A stretch of DNA of 63,979 nucleotides, counting the filler, from Reticulomyxa filosa (Eukaryota > Protista > Foraminifera): the NCBI GenBank assembly GCA_000512085.1. It is 23 parts of 23 records of this genome, joined end to end, with 100 filler letters (N's around TTAATTAATTAA, not from the genome) between each part and the next. Parts side by side here need not be neighbours in the genome. Positions count along the whole stretch, not along the records: positions 34,605 to 40,829 come from ASPP01021856.1; positions 40,930 to 42,707 come from ASPP01024944.1; positions 42,808 to 52,937 come from ASPP01018372.1; 20 more parts are not named here. One strand, written 5' to 3'. The notes under the pieces were generated by a model. It was not told the origin of the DNA. It saw nothing but the letters and a program-made list of their open reading frames with translations, and made no database searches. Positions 37,493 to 50,655 of this stretch are shown here, in pieces. The position numbers and the translations under genes were made by a program. Each line of letters starts with the position of its first letter. The stretch's first letter is position 1.

Positions 37493-38760
37493 TTAAATCG
37501 GGAGTAATGAAAGAATGCACATGTTGTGACATGTATTTTTGTTGGAAGTGATACTATCCCCAAACATGAATGTCGCCTTTAAATAAACCATAACACAAAT
37601 TAACACCACAACCACTGCTATTAGTTTTTCGTTATTTAATGGGAGAAATTGAAGAGAATATATTCCACTGTCTCCTCTGATCACACGTAATTGTTTATTT
37701 GTTCGAATGTCCCAAAAACATATTGTACTATCTTCTGATCCAGAACATATTACATTTCTGCCAAAAACTTCGTTAATATTCTTTACTACAAATGGTGAAT
37801 ATTCAACAGCCCATACAAAATTTGTACTTGAATTTATTGGCCAGATCGAATAGATAATATTGTATTTGCACCACCATTAATTCCTAATTCATTTGGTCTA
37901 TATTTTACACTTCTTACATAAGCTGTATGTCCTTTGAATATATCCAATTGTTTCGTTGCTTCAATATTCCATATTCGAATGGCTTTATTAGATGATCCAA
38001 ACAAATGGCATATCCATTACAATCAATTGCACTAAATTATTATGTTATTACTGCAATGGAAAATACCAACACACCGAACGTGAGATGTATATTCATTAAA
38101 AATATGTAATTATTTGGATAACTCAACATCCCATAAACGAATTGTTTTGCCATCAGATCCAGAATACAAACACCAACTATCATTAAATGATAAGAATTAC
38201 ACATTTAGTTGCCCATTGAATATTTGCAATGGTTTATTTCTGAAATCAAAACAGTCATGATAAAAACAAATAGTATTATAATTATGATAATGATAAGATG
38301 AAAATTTCATACAATTATATGATTTGAATGTCAATTGAATAATTGAATTTGTGTTGTTCTCTACGGACTGTTTATCACTGGATTCAGAACAAATGAATTG
38401 ATCACCACCAGTTAATATCAAACACTCTATCAGTGTATCCACTGAGTGTCTTGAGCAATTTGGATGATGAAGAAAACAAATCAAAATAAAAAAGTTTAAG
38501 ATTGTCATCTCTTCGTTCTTTGAATATCTTGATGGACTCATTATAATGTTTTCTTTTTCAATGAGATCTTTTTAATACTTTCAATATCAGCACGAAGCTT
38601 AAGTAACTCTTATTGTTTGTATTATTTGTGAGCATATTTCCAAAAAAAATGTGGCATGTAAAATAAATTAGTAAATTCACGATCAAATCAAAATGTGGCT
38701 TTAGATCCGAAATTAAATGGTCACATAATCTGTTCTGAAACAAGTGTGCTCACGTCCAAA
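37493..38760 (-). pseudogene. WD40-repeat pseudogene
   Basis: CSGSEDSTICFWDIR, FKGHTAYVRSVKY, SGSDGKTIRLWDV remnants with many stops and frameshifts. Confidence 0.88.
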
Positions 38761-39320
38761 CGGCTTATACCAACAATTTACATTTAAATACAAAAGAAAG
38801 CTGTACATAAAACGGCTTATGATTTTTCTCAAGAAGAAACAATATTTAAATAATTTTTAAAAATATCTAACGAATAGTGTATTTTTTAAATTAACTTCGA
38901 TTTTTTATTAACCTTCTAATTGTTTGAAAAATTTTAATTCTTTTTAAGACAAAATTTTCTTTTTTAAGAGCTGTTTAAATTTTAATTTTTTTTAAGGTAT
39001 TTTGAAATGTTTGTTGTTATTTGATTGCTTTGTTCATTTAAAAAAATGATGCAAAACATTTAAGGTAGAATATTTTTTGAAAATGCTTAAAAAAGTTGGT
39101 GATTCATTGTTATGACTGTCAACTTTTTATCAAAAATTTCAAAAAATTAGCAAAGATTTATAAAAAAACAAAATCATGTTTAAAAACGACACAATTTGTA
39201 TATATATAAAAAAAATATTGCCTCTTCATGAAAAAAATCGATTATATACATAAGGGCCGTTTTAAGTTTTGACTTTCTTTTGCGCTCTACTTAAAAGACA
39301 TTCATGACCTAGATGATTAT

Positions 39321-40237
39321 TTAATTCTTTGATCGTCCCTTTGAAATTACATAACTTTTTTCAGTAATTTCTAATTTCTGTTGTTCTGGATTCGATGTTT
39401 GTAGCGTTGACATTGTGTGGATAGATTCGGAGTTCGTGTAGAAACGGGCCATATGACTTGGTCGAATTCTTGTACTTGGTAAATCGAGCCACAAATACTT
39501 TTGTCCAGCAATTCGTTGCCAACCATCAACAAAATAAATAAATAATTGTCTTGGTTTATGTACATGTATTTCAGCTAAGGCAATGGCTCCATTGTCGCAT
39601 AAATATCCTATCTGTTTTTCCATTTGTAATTCTGACTTTTTTTCTTTATTAAATATGTTTCTACAAATGCATATAAACATAAATAAATAAATACATATAT
39701 AATATATTCTCTATTTATCATATATTGGATTGTGAGATGAACTTCTTTTTCTCTGAAGAAATCGATTCGTTTTGCCCACTCTTCAAGCAACGCTTTGTCT
39801 ATTTCGTCGTCGGTGGTGGTAGACGTTGATGAATCTGATGTGGTCACATCAGATGAAGATGTTTGTGTATCCTGTTTAAATTGTAGTGGACATATTACTT
39901 TCAGATCGTCAATGTGTCGCTGTGCAGTCTCAGACCGAAAATACTTACAATTATCGTGATGTTGAACTGGACATGAATTGGGATTTGCATTCAAAAATTT
40001 CAGTAAACAATTCTCTCCAACAATACGCGATACGTCCAAATCTTTGTGCTGTTTGCAAGTAATTTCAACAGGGTTGTTGGCCACTTGTTTGCAAATTAAA
40101 CAAATGATATGATCAATTTGTTCTTGTTGGTTCGATTGTAAAATCCAGTCTTTACTAAAGCAGGATTGCTCAAGCGAAACTGGAGCTGCTTCAGTATTTG
40201 GCTCTGTTACAACTTTTTCGTCTTCTACTTTGCTCAT
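39321..40237 (-). CDS. RING/TRAF-like zinc finger protein with C-terminal MBT/Tudor-like module (2 exons)
   Basis: [40 protein letters not shown]. Exon 2: [37 protein letters not shown]. Confidence 0.7.
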
Positions 40238-40939
40238 CTTTTGTGCAACGTTTTTTAAGTTTCAACGGGAAGAAATTTTTGGACAATTTTTTTAGAGTTT
40301 TTTGAACGAAGGAGGACAACCGGAACTGGTTTGCGTCGCTGATATAAAAACATTTATATTTAAACGTATTTTGGTAACAAATAAGATGTTATCATTTTTT
40401 TTTTAATGGATGATATTATATTTATATATTATTCCATTTTTTATTGTAGAGAGTGCACTGTTAGGAAAAAATGTAAGAAAAACAAAAAAAGCACGGTGTT
40501 CTTTGCTTCGTTTTGTAATAAAACCCACAAATTCGATGTTTGGGGTTGATATTGGCTTCAATCAATGCCATCAAAAACATTTTTGACTTTCATAAAGGAA
40601 AACGCCAACCAAAAAGGCAACAAAAAAAAAACTAGCTCAAACGAATAAATTATTTTTTTCTCTTTTTTTTGTGGTTCTTGAAAATAGCACACGTGCTTTT
40701 AAGAGTCCAAACACTTGTCTTAGTTTTTTAGTTTGATTTTTTAAAATCTGTTTGTTTGAGTCAACGATGATGGTAGTCTAAGCATAAATGGCGAGAGATA
40801 AAAAAAAAAGCAAACATAGCATTTGCAATNNNNNNNNNNNNNNNNNNNNNNNNNNNNNNNNNNNNNNNNNNNNTTAATTAATTAANNNNNNNNNNNNNNN
40901 NNNNNNNNNNNNNNNNNNNNNNNNNNNNNGGGGGGGGAG

Positions 40940-40975
<36 letters not shown>

Positions 40976-41019
40976 GAAACGCTTGCGACTAATATTGAAA
41001 AAGAAAAAAAGGATGAGTT

Positions 41020-41881
41020 TTATTGTCGATATTTTTTAAGAACGGGGGCAATATAAGGATCTTGTGGGAGATTGCGACGTTCTTGGTCAGTTGTTCCAAT
41101 TCCGATAATTTCCGACTTGTCTTCGGAAGTCTTTTCCTCTTGTTCACTCGCTAAAGCCTGTCGACGATGTTTGCTACTTAGTTCGTCGCTTTGGTGGGCG
41201 AACCTGGTGTCCCGTTTGTGGAACAGACGTTCAAACTTTTGGTCCATTTTCTTCCAAACCCAATACACCAAGAAAATCAAGAAAAGCATGACCACCGAAG
41301 GGCCGATGCCTTCGCTGAGCGAAACAAAGGCCAAGACGGTGATGTTTCCAATTTCAATACCAATGATCAAGCGATTAAAAATGGACGGCCAAAGCTGCAG
41401 ACCGATTTCATTGGTGTTGATATAACACATGCTCAGTTGATACGTGACAATGAAATAGCCAATGGCAAAGTACAGCAAGGCGAAAATCCAAATTAACGGA
41501 GACATGGCTCCGTACGTGATAGCCAACGTCAGGGCGATCATGAACAGAGGATACGTCCAAGCAAAGTAAAAGGTGTTGTCGATAGAGCCGACTGTCCATT
41601 TCGAAACCCAATAACCGAAGCGGAACAACTCCAGCACCGAGTCGAATAAGCCCTGATGTAGCAAGTACATCATGAAGTACACACTCATTTGTGACAAGCC
41701 ATATGCCATGGATTTAATGAAAGGTTCCAATTGCCATTGCAGCGTTTCCAAGTTTTTGAGTATGGTACCACAGACAGCAGTGACGAGTACAAGCATAACG
41801 AGCAGGCAGTCAAAGTATTTTTTCAGATTGGATATCTATGCAAGCAAAAAAAAATTATATAAATATATATACATATATATT

Positions 41882-41913
<32 letters not shown>

Positions 41914-42667
41914 AACTGTTGCTCTCCAAAAGTAATAGGACGTGACCAATAGGACAAAGTATTGACAATGACCGGCACTAAGGACAACCACACATTCAAA
42001 AGCAGAATAGACAAAAATCCCTCCAACCACGAAACAAAAGCGGCGCCCAACACGTGATTCAGATTAATTCCTCCACGCTCGAAAATGGGTTGGATGTTGG
42101 CCAGACCTTGAATGGCGGTGGAAGGGATACTCCAAAACAATAGGAGCGCGACCATGGCGAGGTTCACTCCGACTCTCGACATTTGGACTTGGTATTCTTC
42201 GAAGCCCACGTTTTCCCAAAGCACGTCTTCGGGACGTGACGCTTTGCTGATGCGCAGTTCGATCAGGCCGAAGCGGATCGGCGCCGACAGACAAAGATTT
42301 GCGCCTTGACGCGTGTGGAAGTGTACAAAGGCCGTCGAAGACAGCGACAAATGCGTGAGTTGTTCCTGTATCTTTTTGGCCATATGTTCGCGATATTCGA
42401 GATAATATTGGATCTGTTTTTGCGGCGTCGAGGTATTACAGTACGAGCAGCAGCTGCCACAGCACGATTTTTCCAGTTTTGGAAGTGACTTGGGCGTTTG
42501 TTCGACTTGGATTTGTCCAGTCGATTGCGATTGAGGCACTGTCAACTCATCGTAGTTTATCTGGGCGGTCGCACATAATTTTTTTAATTCCTGCGTGCAC
42601 TCTTCGACGATTTTTTCACATGCTAATACTTCTCGTAGATCTGGAACAATTGTTACTCTTTATATAC

Positions 42668-42707
<40 letters not shown>
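41020..42707 (-). CDS. OSCA/TMEM63 (CSC1) mechanosensitive channel, 3' part
   Basis: STAFVHF, ASRPEDVLWENV, FWSIP, YGAMSPLIWIFALLYF..YQL, GLQLWPSIFNRLIIG. Multiple TM helices and (TA)n introns. Confidence 0.93.
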
Positions 42708-42807
42708 NNNNNNNNNNNNNNNNNNNNNNNNNNNNNNNNNNNNNNNNNNNNTTAATTAATTAANNNNNNNNNNNNNNNNNNNNNNNNNNNNNNNNNNNNN
42801 NNNNNNN

Positions 42808-43980
42808 AAAGATGGAGTCTTTACCCGCAACCACACCAGCGATATTCCTGAGCTTTCTTCGGTTTGTTGTACTTAAAAAAAAATACTGGCTCTATCATTT
42901 GTGTATACGTATGCACATACTGTACGTTTGAAGAATATCAAATGGACTAAGCCCTTGATAAAATTTATCGTCACATACTTATCGCCGAGCTTTTTGTTAT
43001 GTAATACATTCTGGAATACGAAAAGCTTATTTGAATGCGCTGCAATTTGTTCGGAACAAAAATCGATAAAAGATTTTTTTGAATTAGAGGATATATGGCA
43101 AGAAATGGTTAACCCGATTATCCGAGATCAATTAGAATCGCAATTAATCTACCTTTTGTCCAATCATACCCAACGTATTTTGGGAGACATTACCAAAACT
43201 TTATCAAACTTACTCCAAACTGCTGCTGCAATTTCCACTGTATTTTTTATTTTTTACTTAATTTAAGAAAAAGTGAGCCTGCATGTGTGATGCACAATAA
43301 CAAGATACAATTAATATTTGAATAGAAGCATCATAATTACTGCGAATCCCTAGCGCAGTGTATGAGCATGCACGAAAAGGGGGAATGGTGTGATTCCAGT
43401 GGAGCATGCTCCCACTGTCAAAACACGTAATATGCTTGGAGGGACTCTTTTTTTTTTGAGGAAAAAGGTTTGATGGATTTTTGTCATTGTAAAGGCTGAA
43501 TGTGTATATGTGTAACAAGGATTTTGGTGACCCAGAAAAAAATGATACGTTTTCCCAGAGTGTTGATCATCCCGTTGGCTCAGCGACACTGGAATGACAG
43601 CACGTCAAATCAGTGCAAAGACAGACCTCCATTAAAATGCGAAATTAATCTGGCAAAAAACGAAAATAACAAGTACACGCTTTATTCAATGGTTGATCAC
43701 CACAGAAATGCTTCCACTGATTACTATGTTCTGTATTTGAAAATACGATTTAAAAGGAATTTTATGTTTCATATTATTGTCACTTTCAAAAAGAAAGAGA
43801 TATATAAAAGATTTTTATGCTTATTTATATATCTTATAATAGACCACTACTGTCAAGGACTTTCAAAACGGAAAATGGCTCACCATTAATGATGAAACTA
43901 TCACTTCTGTTCCTACAAAGCCCAACAAGTATATTCTTAGCAATACTGTTGTTGCATTGTTATACGAAAAAACACAGTAG
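42808..43980 (+). CDS. USP (peptidase C19)-like protein, 3' part, catalytic His absent
   Basis: Spliced: SLAQCM..E..CSHCQNT|ILVTQKKMIRFPRVLII..YTLYSMVDHHRNASTDYY|TTTVKDFQNGKWLTINDE..ALLYEK*. Confidence 0.75.
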
Positions 43981-44339
43981 AAGCGCTTCAAAACAAATAC
44001 GTTGCTTCAACAAATACTTTTTTTAGTTGTACTTTTTTTTTCATTTTAAAAGTAGTGTATCATTAGATTAGATTATTGATGTATTACAAATGTTGAACAA
44101 ATATTGAATTTTAGGTTTATTTTTTTGAAAACCAAAAAAAAAAAGTGTTCATTTCACATAATTTTTTCCCACTCTTTTTTTAATTTTGAGTCCAAATAGA
44201 GCCTCTAAAAATTGCATCACCCATTCTCTCTCTTCACACACAAAAAAAAAAAAAAAAAAATAGGAGGGTAAAAAAAATTTTACAACAAATAAAACAAAAA
44301 AAAAAAAAAGCATTTGTACCACTGTGATAGAGCTAAAGA

Positions 44340-45698
44340 TCAATTGGACACAGTTTGTATAAATAAACCTTCGGCACGATTTAAACATGAAGGATCTCTG
44401 AGGAAGAGGAAGGTGGAAAGGGCACAAACCAGGGCGAAAAAGAACGAGCGTAAAGCGGGATTGCGTAATATATGTAGATGCGCATCGGAGTCAAACGTGC
44501 GCAAGTGGAAGTGCATGCGAATGCGTTGCACAAGCAGCTGCCAAAGCACATAGATTAGGATGTCGCAATTACGACGAGGAGAGGACAGTATGGAGGAACA
44601 TATCACACCAATGAGACTACCGCAAAGAGAGATGGCTATGGGAGAGTTGTAAGAGTTGGAGTACGTATACGTACTACGCGCAGAGCTAGACAAGCAGCGA
44701 CGTTGATAGAATTCAAGTAATGAGGACAATGCGCAAGGAATTCTGGACAAACAATGAAACGACAGCACAAAGAAGCAAGTACTTCGCAATGTTTGCTGAA
44801 TAAAGTATCGAAACAGAGTTTGGAAATCGTAGTGATTTGGAGTCACTTTGGCAAACAATAGAGCACTCCAAAGTTTAAATGCGTTAAAATAGAGCAAGTT
44901 GAGTAAATGAAAAATGGCAAAAAATTTCAGTGCACTGACAAATCTCGCTTTCAAATCTTGCACAAACGACTTCATGCAACTTTGCTCATTTTCGTCCATG
45001 TGTATGTAAGATTGACACTTGGGCAGTAGTTTGTGATGGGAGTGAAATACGGAGTCATACGCAACTGCATACTTTTGTACACAGCCATCAGTCACAATGC
45101 CTTCCAAGGATGATCGAAATGCTTTTGGTACGTATGCTGAGTAGTAATAGTAATGATACGTAAGCGCTCCAAACAAGAGTGCAGTCAATTGAAAGAGAAG
45201 TGCATTATTATTATTATTACTATCATTGGAGTGTTTCTTTTTTTTTGGAGCCACTTCCTTTTGACTATAGTTGTAACTTGCACGCATCGCACGTAGCAGC
45301 AAATACAATATCCAAGGCCAATGCCATGGCCCGATGACATAACGTTGAGTTACGTAACCCGCCACAAATGCACTTGTACAGAGAATTACCTCGGTTTGCC
45401 GTTTCTTTGATTGCTCTTCTTGTTCTTTGCTGCTTGCTGTAGAGGCCAAGGATAGTGACAGCAAGCGAGATGATATTTGATAGATTGCTGCATAACTGGA
45501 GAAAAAGAGTGGTAATTTGATAAACATTAGTATTAACCATCTCTCCCCCCATCTACTTTGTTTCTTCTTTTCATTATCTTCTTCGTCCTCTATTTCTTCC
45601 TCTTCGTCTTTCCCTTTGCCCGATCTGTTTATCCTCTCCAAGGGCATCACACTTTTCCACCAAATTACCTCTGTTTCTTCTTTTTTTGAATCCGACAT
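44340..45698 (-). CDS. TMEM135-like multi-pass membrane protein
   Basis: Intact single-exon 452 aa ORF: YLLLRA, CQSYIH..SC..F..ALKFFAIFH, LRSTCFF, SPRRNCDILIYVL resemble the TMEM135/PMP52 pattern. Confidence 0.6.
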   Translation of the reverse strand: MSDSKKEETEVIWWKSVMPLERINRSGKGKDEEEEIEDEEDNEKKKQSRWGERWLILMFIKLPLFFSSYAAIYQISSRLLSLSLASTASSKEQEEQSKKRQTEVILCTSAFVAGYVTQRYVIGPWHWPWILYLLLRAMRASYNYSQKEVAPKKKKHSNDSNNNNNALLFQLTALLFGALTYHYYYYSAYVPKAFRSSLEGIVTDGCVQKYAVAYDSVFHSHHKLLPKCQSYIHMDENEQSCMKSFVQDLKARFVSALKFFAIFHLLNLLYFNAFKLWSALLFAKVTPNHYDFQTLFRYFIQQTLRSTCFFVLSFHCLSRIPCALSSLLEFYQRRCLSSSARSTYTYSNSYNSPIAISLCGSLIGVICSSILSSPRRNCDILIYVLWQLLVQRIRMHFHLRTFDSDAHLHILRNPALRSFFFALVCALSTFLFLRDPSCLNRAEGLFIQTVSN

Positions 45699-46210
45699 TC
45701 TTTATTTCCAACTTTTGGGACAATGTGGGATGCAGGTTATGATTATCTTATTATCGTAGTTTTTTTTGTTTCGAAAAAAAGTTCCCTGCTTTTTGGTTGT
45801 TTTTTATAATCTTTACGATTTTGATTGTGTAAATGCCGGATATTATTATAATATTTTTGTAGGAAAGCTACGATGTTTTGATATAATAATTTGGCACTTT
45901 GTTAAATGAGATATATGTTACACAGACAAAACCTATGTACCACAATATGAGTAATATCACCGCATTACATGAACAAAAGAAAGCTAAATTTAATGTTTTG
46001 CATTATTTTTCACACTTTAGGCACAATATTTGCTGGACTTTGTTGAACGCAATTTTTAAATTTTTTTTACAAAATCAAATTACACCCGTTTATGTTATTT
46101 ATAAAAGAGATTTGCACATTGTGTTTGTTTGGAGAGAGTTCAAATAATATATTTTTTGCAATCGTATTTCATGAAAGTAAATGAAAAAAAAGTGAGTAGT
46201 GCAAAGGTTA

Positions 46211-47375
46211 TTATCCCCATATTTGTATTATTCGATCATAAAAACCAGCAACAATAGTACTACCATCTGGTGAAACATCAATTTCGGTGGGAGAAGCAGG
46301 ATGTCCTTGTAAAATTTGTGTGGTAAGTTCTGACGTGATATCCCATAAACGAATAGTATTATCATTTGAACAAGAAACAATAGTTTGGCCATTTGGAAAA
46401 TATCTGACATCATTTACAGTATCAGAATGTCCATAAAAAATATGTAATTGCTTATTTGATGAAATATCCCAAATTCGAATAGTTTTATCACGTGAGCAAG
46501 AAACAATGAAACGATCATCTGGAGAAAATCTTGCGCGTAATACAGATCCAAGATGTCCTTTAAAATGCTGTAACATATTACCAGATTGTACATCCCATAA
46601 AGCAAGAGTATGATCATCTGATGCTGATACAATAAATTGCGAACCAAACGAAAATTGAATGCACTGTACACCATGCGGATGAGCAATTATTTGTTTAATT
46701 TCTTTTTTAGAATGCAAATCCCATAATTGTACTGTACCATCAGATAAACTTGATACAATATATTTATTATCTAAAGATACATTAATATACCATACAGCTC
46801 TTTTATACTCTTTTAATATTATTATTTCTTGTTCTGTATTTATATCCCATAGTCTAATTGTTTTATCATGTGAACCAGATGCAACCATATCTTTTTTTAA
46901 TATAATTTCTGCTACATATACCCAATTCTCATGCCCTTTCAATATTTTTATATCTTTTCCTAATTTAATATCCCATATTCGAATTGTTTTATCATGTGAT
47001 GACGATATTACCCTTTTTCCATCAGGTAAAAATCTTACACTTGTTATTGAATCTTCATGCCCATTTAATTCTTTTATTAATTCAAAATCTTTTGCCTATT
47101 TCATTTTTTCAGAATATTTATTCTTTTATCCCTTAAATAACAAGCATTACTTAACATATTTCACCACAATCTTATCCAAATCTTCAATCCATCCAAATTT
47201 TATTTCACAAATTCGAACCCAATTCTTAATTATTATTTCTATTTCTTTCTTGGCCTAATATGTATTTTTTTTCTTTGTACGCACTTTTTAAAAAATGTAA
47301 AAGAGAAGGAACGAGATATATTCACTTTACCACTTGTCGTAATATGCTCTCTTGTCCTTCCACGCTTTCATTCAT
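46211..47375 (-). CDS. WD40-repeat protein (about 7 blades, 3 exons)
   Basis: Repeated GH..V....FSPDG..IVS.S.DKTIRIWD units. N-terminal exons MNESVEG.. and EIEIIIKNWVRICEIKFGWIEDLDKIVVKY. Confidence 0.95.
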
Positions 47376-47460
47376 TCTTTTTTATTTACAATAAACAAAA
47401 TCAATTTTCAACTTTTAAAAATACTTTGAGCTTTTTGAAACCCTTTAAAACTACACACTC

Positions 47461-47630
47461 TTGTTATATTTTCGTTGGACACGTTACAATTAAATCAATG
47501 TAGAGTTTTTTCTTGGTTAGAAAAAAAATGAAGTTTTTCAGCAACATTTTCTTTTCCAAATCACAGTGAAAAAAAGGAAAAAAGATCAAAAGACAATTGC
47601 CTTATCTGTTTTAATTATGAAAATCTAAAG
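47461..47630 (+). repeat. About 170-bp direct repeat, copy 1
   Basis: Aligns by eye with 50083-50254 (TTGTTATATTTTC..TTACAATTAAATCAAT..TGAAGTTTTTCAG..CTTTTCCAAATCAC..AAAGATCAAAAGACAATTGC..CTAAAG) with scattered substitutions. Confidence 0.9.
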
Positions 47631-48984
47631 TGTGGATGATGATATAAATTTTCCTTCTTTCGAAAACTTTTTGGGACTCAGCAACACTTAAACTTTTTGT
47701 GTTGATTTATATAAGAAAAATCATTCATAAATATGATGGTACCGTTGCTTGTTCCATTACAAAAACTCGAATATGATATATCCATGCATTACCAAAGACA
47801 AAGTATGATTTTTGTTTGTCTTTGGACTCTTTTTTTTAACTGTTATTTGCGTCCAAGCTCTTAAATGGAAGTTCAACAGAAATCCAAAATATTGATCGCC
47901 AACATTACAAATGATTTTCGTTGATTTATGCAAAGATAATGTCCATTGACTACAGTTGATTTCACTTAATTTCATAGAAATTGGTTAGTTGACAATGGTA
48001 ATAGTTTTCAAATTTTTTCTTATTGTTTCTTTTGCACTTTCATCTGTCGTTAACAAATACGTTGAACTTTTCGTCTTAGCTTTTTTCGTTTTTTTTGATC
48101 AGTATATTTAACAATCTTTCACAACCATTAACTAAAGACATGTTTTCATTTGGATTATCTGAGACTGGAGCTGACATATTGAGAATACGGAAATGGTCTA
48201 TATTGCCGTAAAGCGGCGACCTTTTACTCTTTCTAAAAAATTGAAAAAATTAAAAAAAGAAAAATTTACAAATAAAATAAAAAAACTTCGGCTAAATAGC
48301 CTACTATTTCTTTTATTTTATTATTTTCTTTTTTTAATTTATCTCTTAATGAGAGAAGAGCTCGAATTGAATTGATAGGAAAAACTATTTATTTACATGT
48401 TCAAACTTTGAAACATTAATTTTTGAAGCTATTTTCAAACTTACAAATCATTTGCACTACATATACACATTTTGAAATTATTTTTGCCAAGTAAATCTGT
48501 TCATATTTTGCAAAACAATATTTTTTGACAAATATCAAATTGAACAAAAAAGAAAAGTGTTACTTATTTACGATACAAATGTGTGTATGAAGTTTGGAAA
48601 AAAATTTGTTATTATTATTAAACATCAGAAGGTCAATATCAATTACAAATAATAGTATTCAATGAAAGGGTATCTGATTATAAACAAGCCGACAAGAGAA
48701 AGACGAATTTTGTGAAGGTATCCGATTATTGACGAATCATCTTTAACGTAGAGTATTAATATATATTTTGGTCTAAGATTTGTTAAATGTTCAACTTCAT
48801 GACCGGTCAGCAATATAGTCATAGGCTCCAACATGGAAGTGAAGGACGAAGCCCCACGACTCTACAGTCGCCTTTCTATCGTCCTGCTGATTATGTTTAC
48901 CAAAAAAATCTGAATTGATAATGTGATAATGTCAGTTAATTGATCATAATCTTTCACTGACACACTAAAGGCATTATATTTTGT

Positions 48985-49566
48985 TTGGTCGTGCAAAATG
49001 AAGCAACGAGTATCCCAATGATTGGGTCAATATTTTATCATTTCAACTCCATTATCACCAAGTTTGTTCAATTCTTATCCCTTTGTGATGATAAGACCGT
49101 ATTATTGAATCTCAAAAAGGGATTATCGGCGGATGAGCGTGTATTGCCATTGAATAAATTGATAAATGTGTTATGTATATTAGCAAAGTATATCTTGACA
49201 GATGTCCCAGAATTCATTGCCAAAATGGATATTGCATGTGATGTAACAAAGGTCATCCTTAAGTTCTTGATACAACAGCCATCTCCAAAAGAAGAAGAAA
49301 TTTTTACAGAATTTTTGGTCATATGTCGACAACTTCATATGAAAACTCTTGGAATCAAACACATGAGGAAGGACAATTCTATCACATCAACAACAATTAA
49401 TCAAAACCAAGAGCTGTCTACTATGCTGGATTTGGTAAAACATGGATTTTTAAAGGATGTCAATGTCATTCCCAAGATTATTAAGTCTGTGACCATCATT
49501 CCAGTCTTTGCTCAAGTTACAAGCTTTGAGAGTACTTGTAGAGAACAAATGGACAAATGTTTTTGA
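48985..49566 (+). CDS. Hypothetical helical protein fragment, possibly pseudogenic
   Basis: 193-codon open frame flanked by stop-interrupted coding-like sequence. No family recognised. Confidence 0.35.
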   Translation: MVVQNEATSIPMIGSIFYHFNSIITKFVQFLSLCDDKTVLLNLKKGLSADERVLPLNKLINVLCILAKYILTDVPEFIAKMDIACDVTKVILKFLIQQPSPKEEEIFTEFLVICRQLHMKTLGIKHMRKDNSITSTTINQNQELSTMLDLVKHGFLKDVNVIPKIIKSVTIIPVFAQVTSFESTCREQMDKCF

Positions 49567-50082
49567 CGATTCCCCCGAGTTACATCTTATGCTAAATCGA
49601 GTAAACGAAAAATTATATGTCAATACAGAGACTAAGGAATTTCTACTAGACCGATCGGTTCGTACTTGAGATCAAAAGATCTCTGCCATCTCACAATTGA
49701 AAGTACAACTGGCCAAACATATTTTGTTCTTGGCCAAAAAATGGTAGTATTGGATCATCCACCCAAAGATCAACATTCCGATCACATCTAGAAAAGATTT
49801 GTAAGGATTTGACTTATTTCCATGAAAATAAATTTTTTGACGAAATGTGGAAAGGGTATGAGTATTATTTACATTAAACAATGTTACTGTTGAAAGAACA
49901 CGGAATATTTTTTTAAATTTATTATATAAAATACCTGATTATTAAATCTAATTTCTCTTTCAATTTTTCATTTTCTGATTATAATTGTTTTTTTTTTTCT
50001 TCTTTAAAATATCATTTGGATTTGGTAATAATGAAATTTGGATTATTTAAATCTTTTAATTTCCGTCAAAAATTACACATTA

Positions 50083-50254
50083 TTGTTATATTTTCATTGG
50101 ACATATTACAATTAAATCAATTTAGGGTTTTTTCTTGGCAAGAAAAAAAGTGAAGTTTTTCAGGAACATTTCCTTTTCCAAATCACGGTGAAGAAAAAGG
50201 AAAAAAAGATCAAAAGACAATTGCTAAATCTTTTTTAGTTATGAATACCTAAAG
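50083..50254 (+). repeat. About 170-bp direct repeat, copy 2
   Basis: Diverged copy of 47461-47630. Confidence 0.9.
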
Positions 50255-50655
50255 ATACTTAGATATGTTTTAGTAAGCGCACTTTTTTTGAGTGCAAAAG
50301 TAATATGTCTTCAATCGCAATTTTTTTGCAACATTTAAAAAGGGAGAAAATACCACAAGGATAACAGGATTTCCTTTATGTATTTTCATGGGTTATTTAT
50401 TTGAATTTAACTCGACGAGAGGATCCGTTTCAATTTTGTTGTTGCTAATGACAGTCCAAAAAGAGTGTTCAAAGGGGCAAAAAAAAAAACTCTATCCTAA
50501 GCTTTTTTTTAGACGGCTGTTAGTGTTGGAGAGCGCCCCTATTCTTGCAAAACAAAATAATAATAATAATAAAAAGATCGACCCACTTGAATTCAAAATA
50601 CCAAACTAAAAAAGAGAACAAAAAAATCTGCTCACAAAAAAGGAAACAGCCAAAA

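Noticed and set aside
47461-50254. LTR retrotransposon
   Set aside because: No gag/pol motifs, primer-binding site or target duplication seen. Reported only as a direct repeat.
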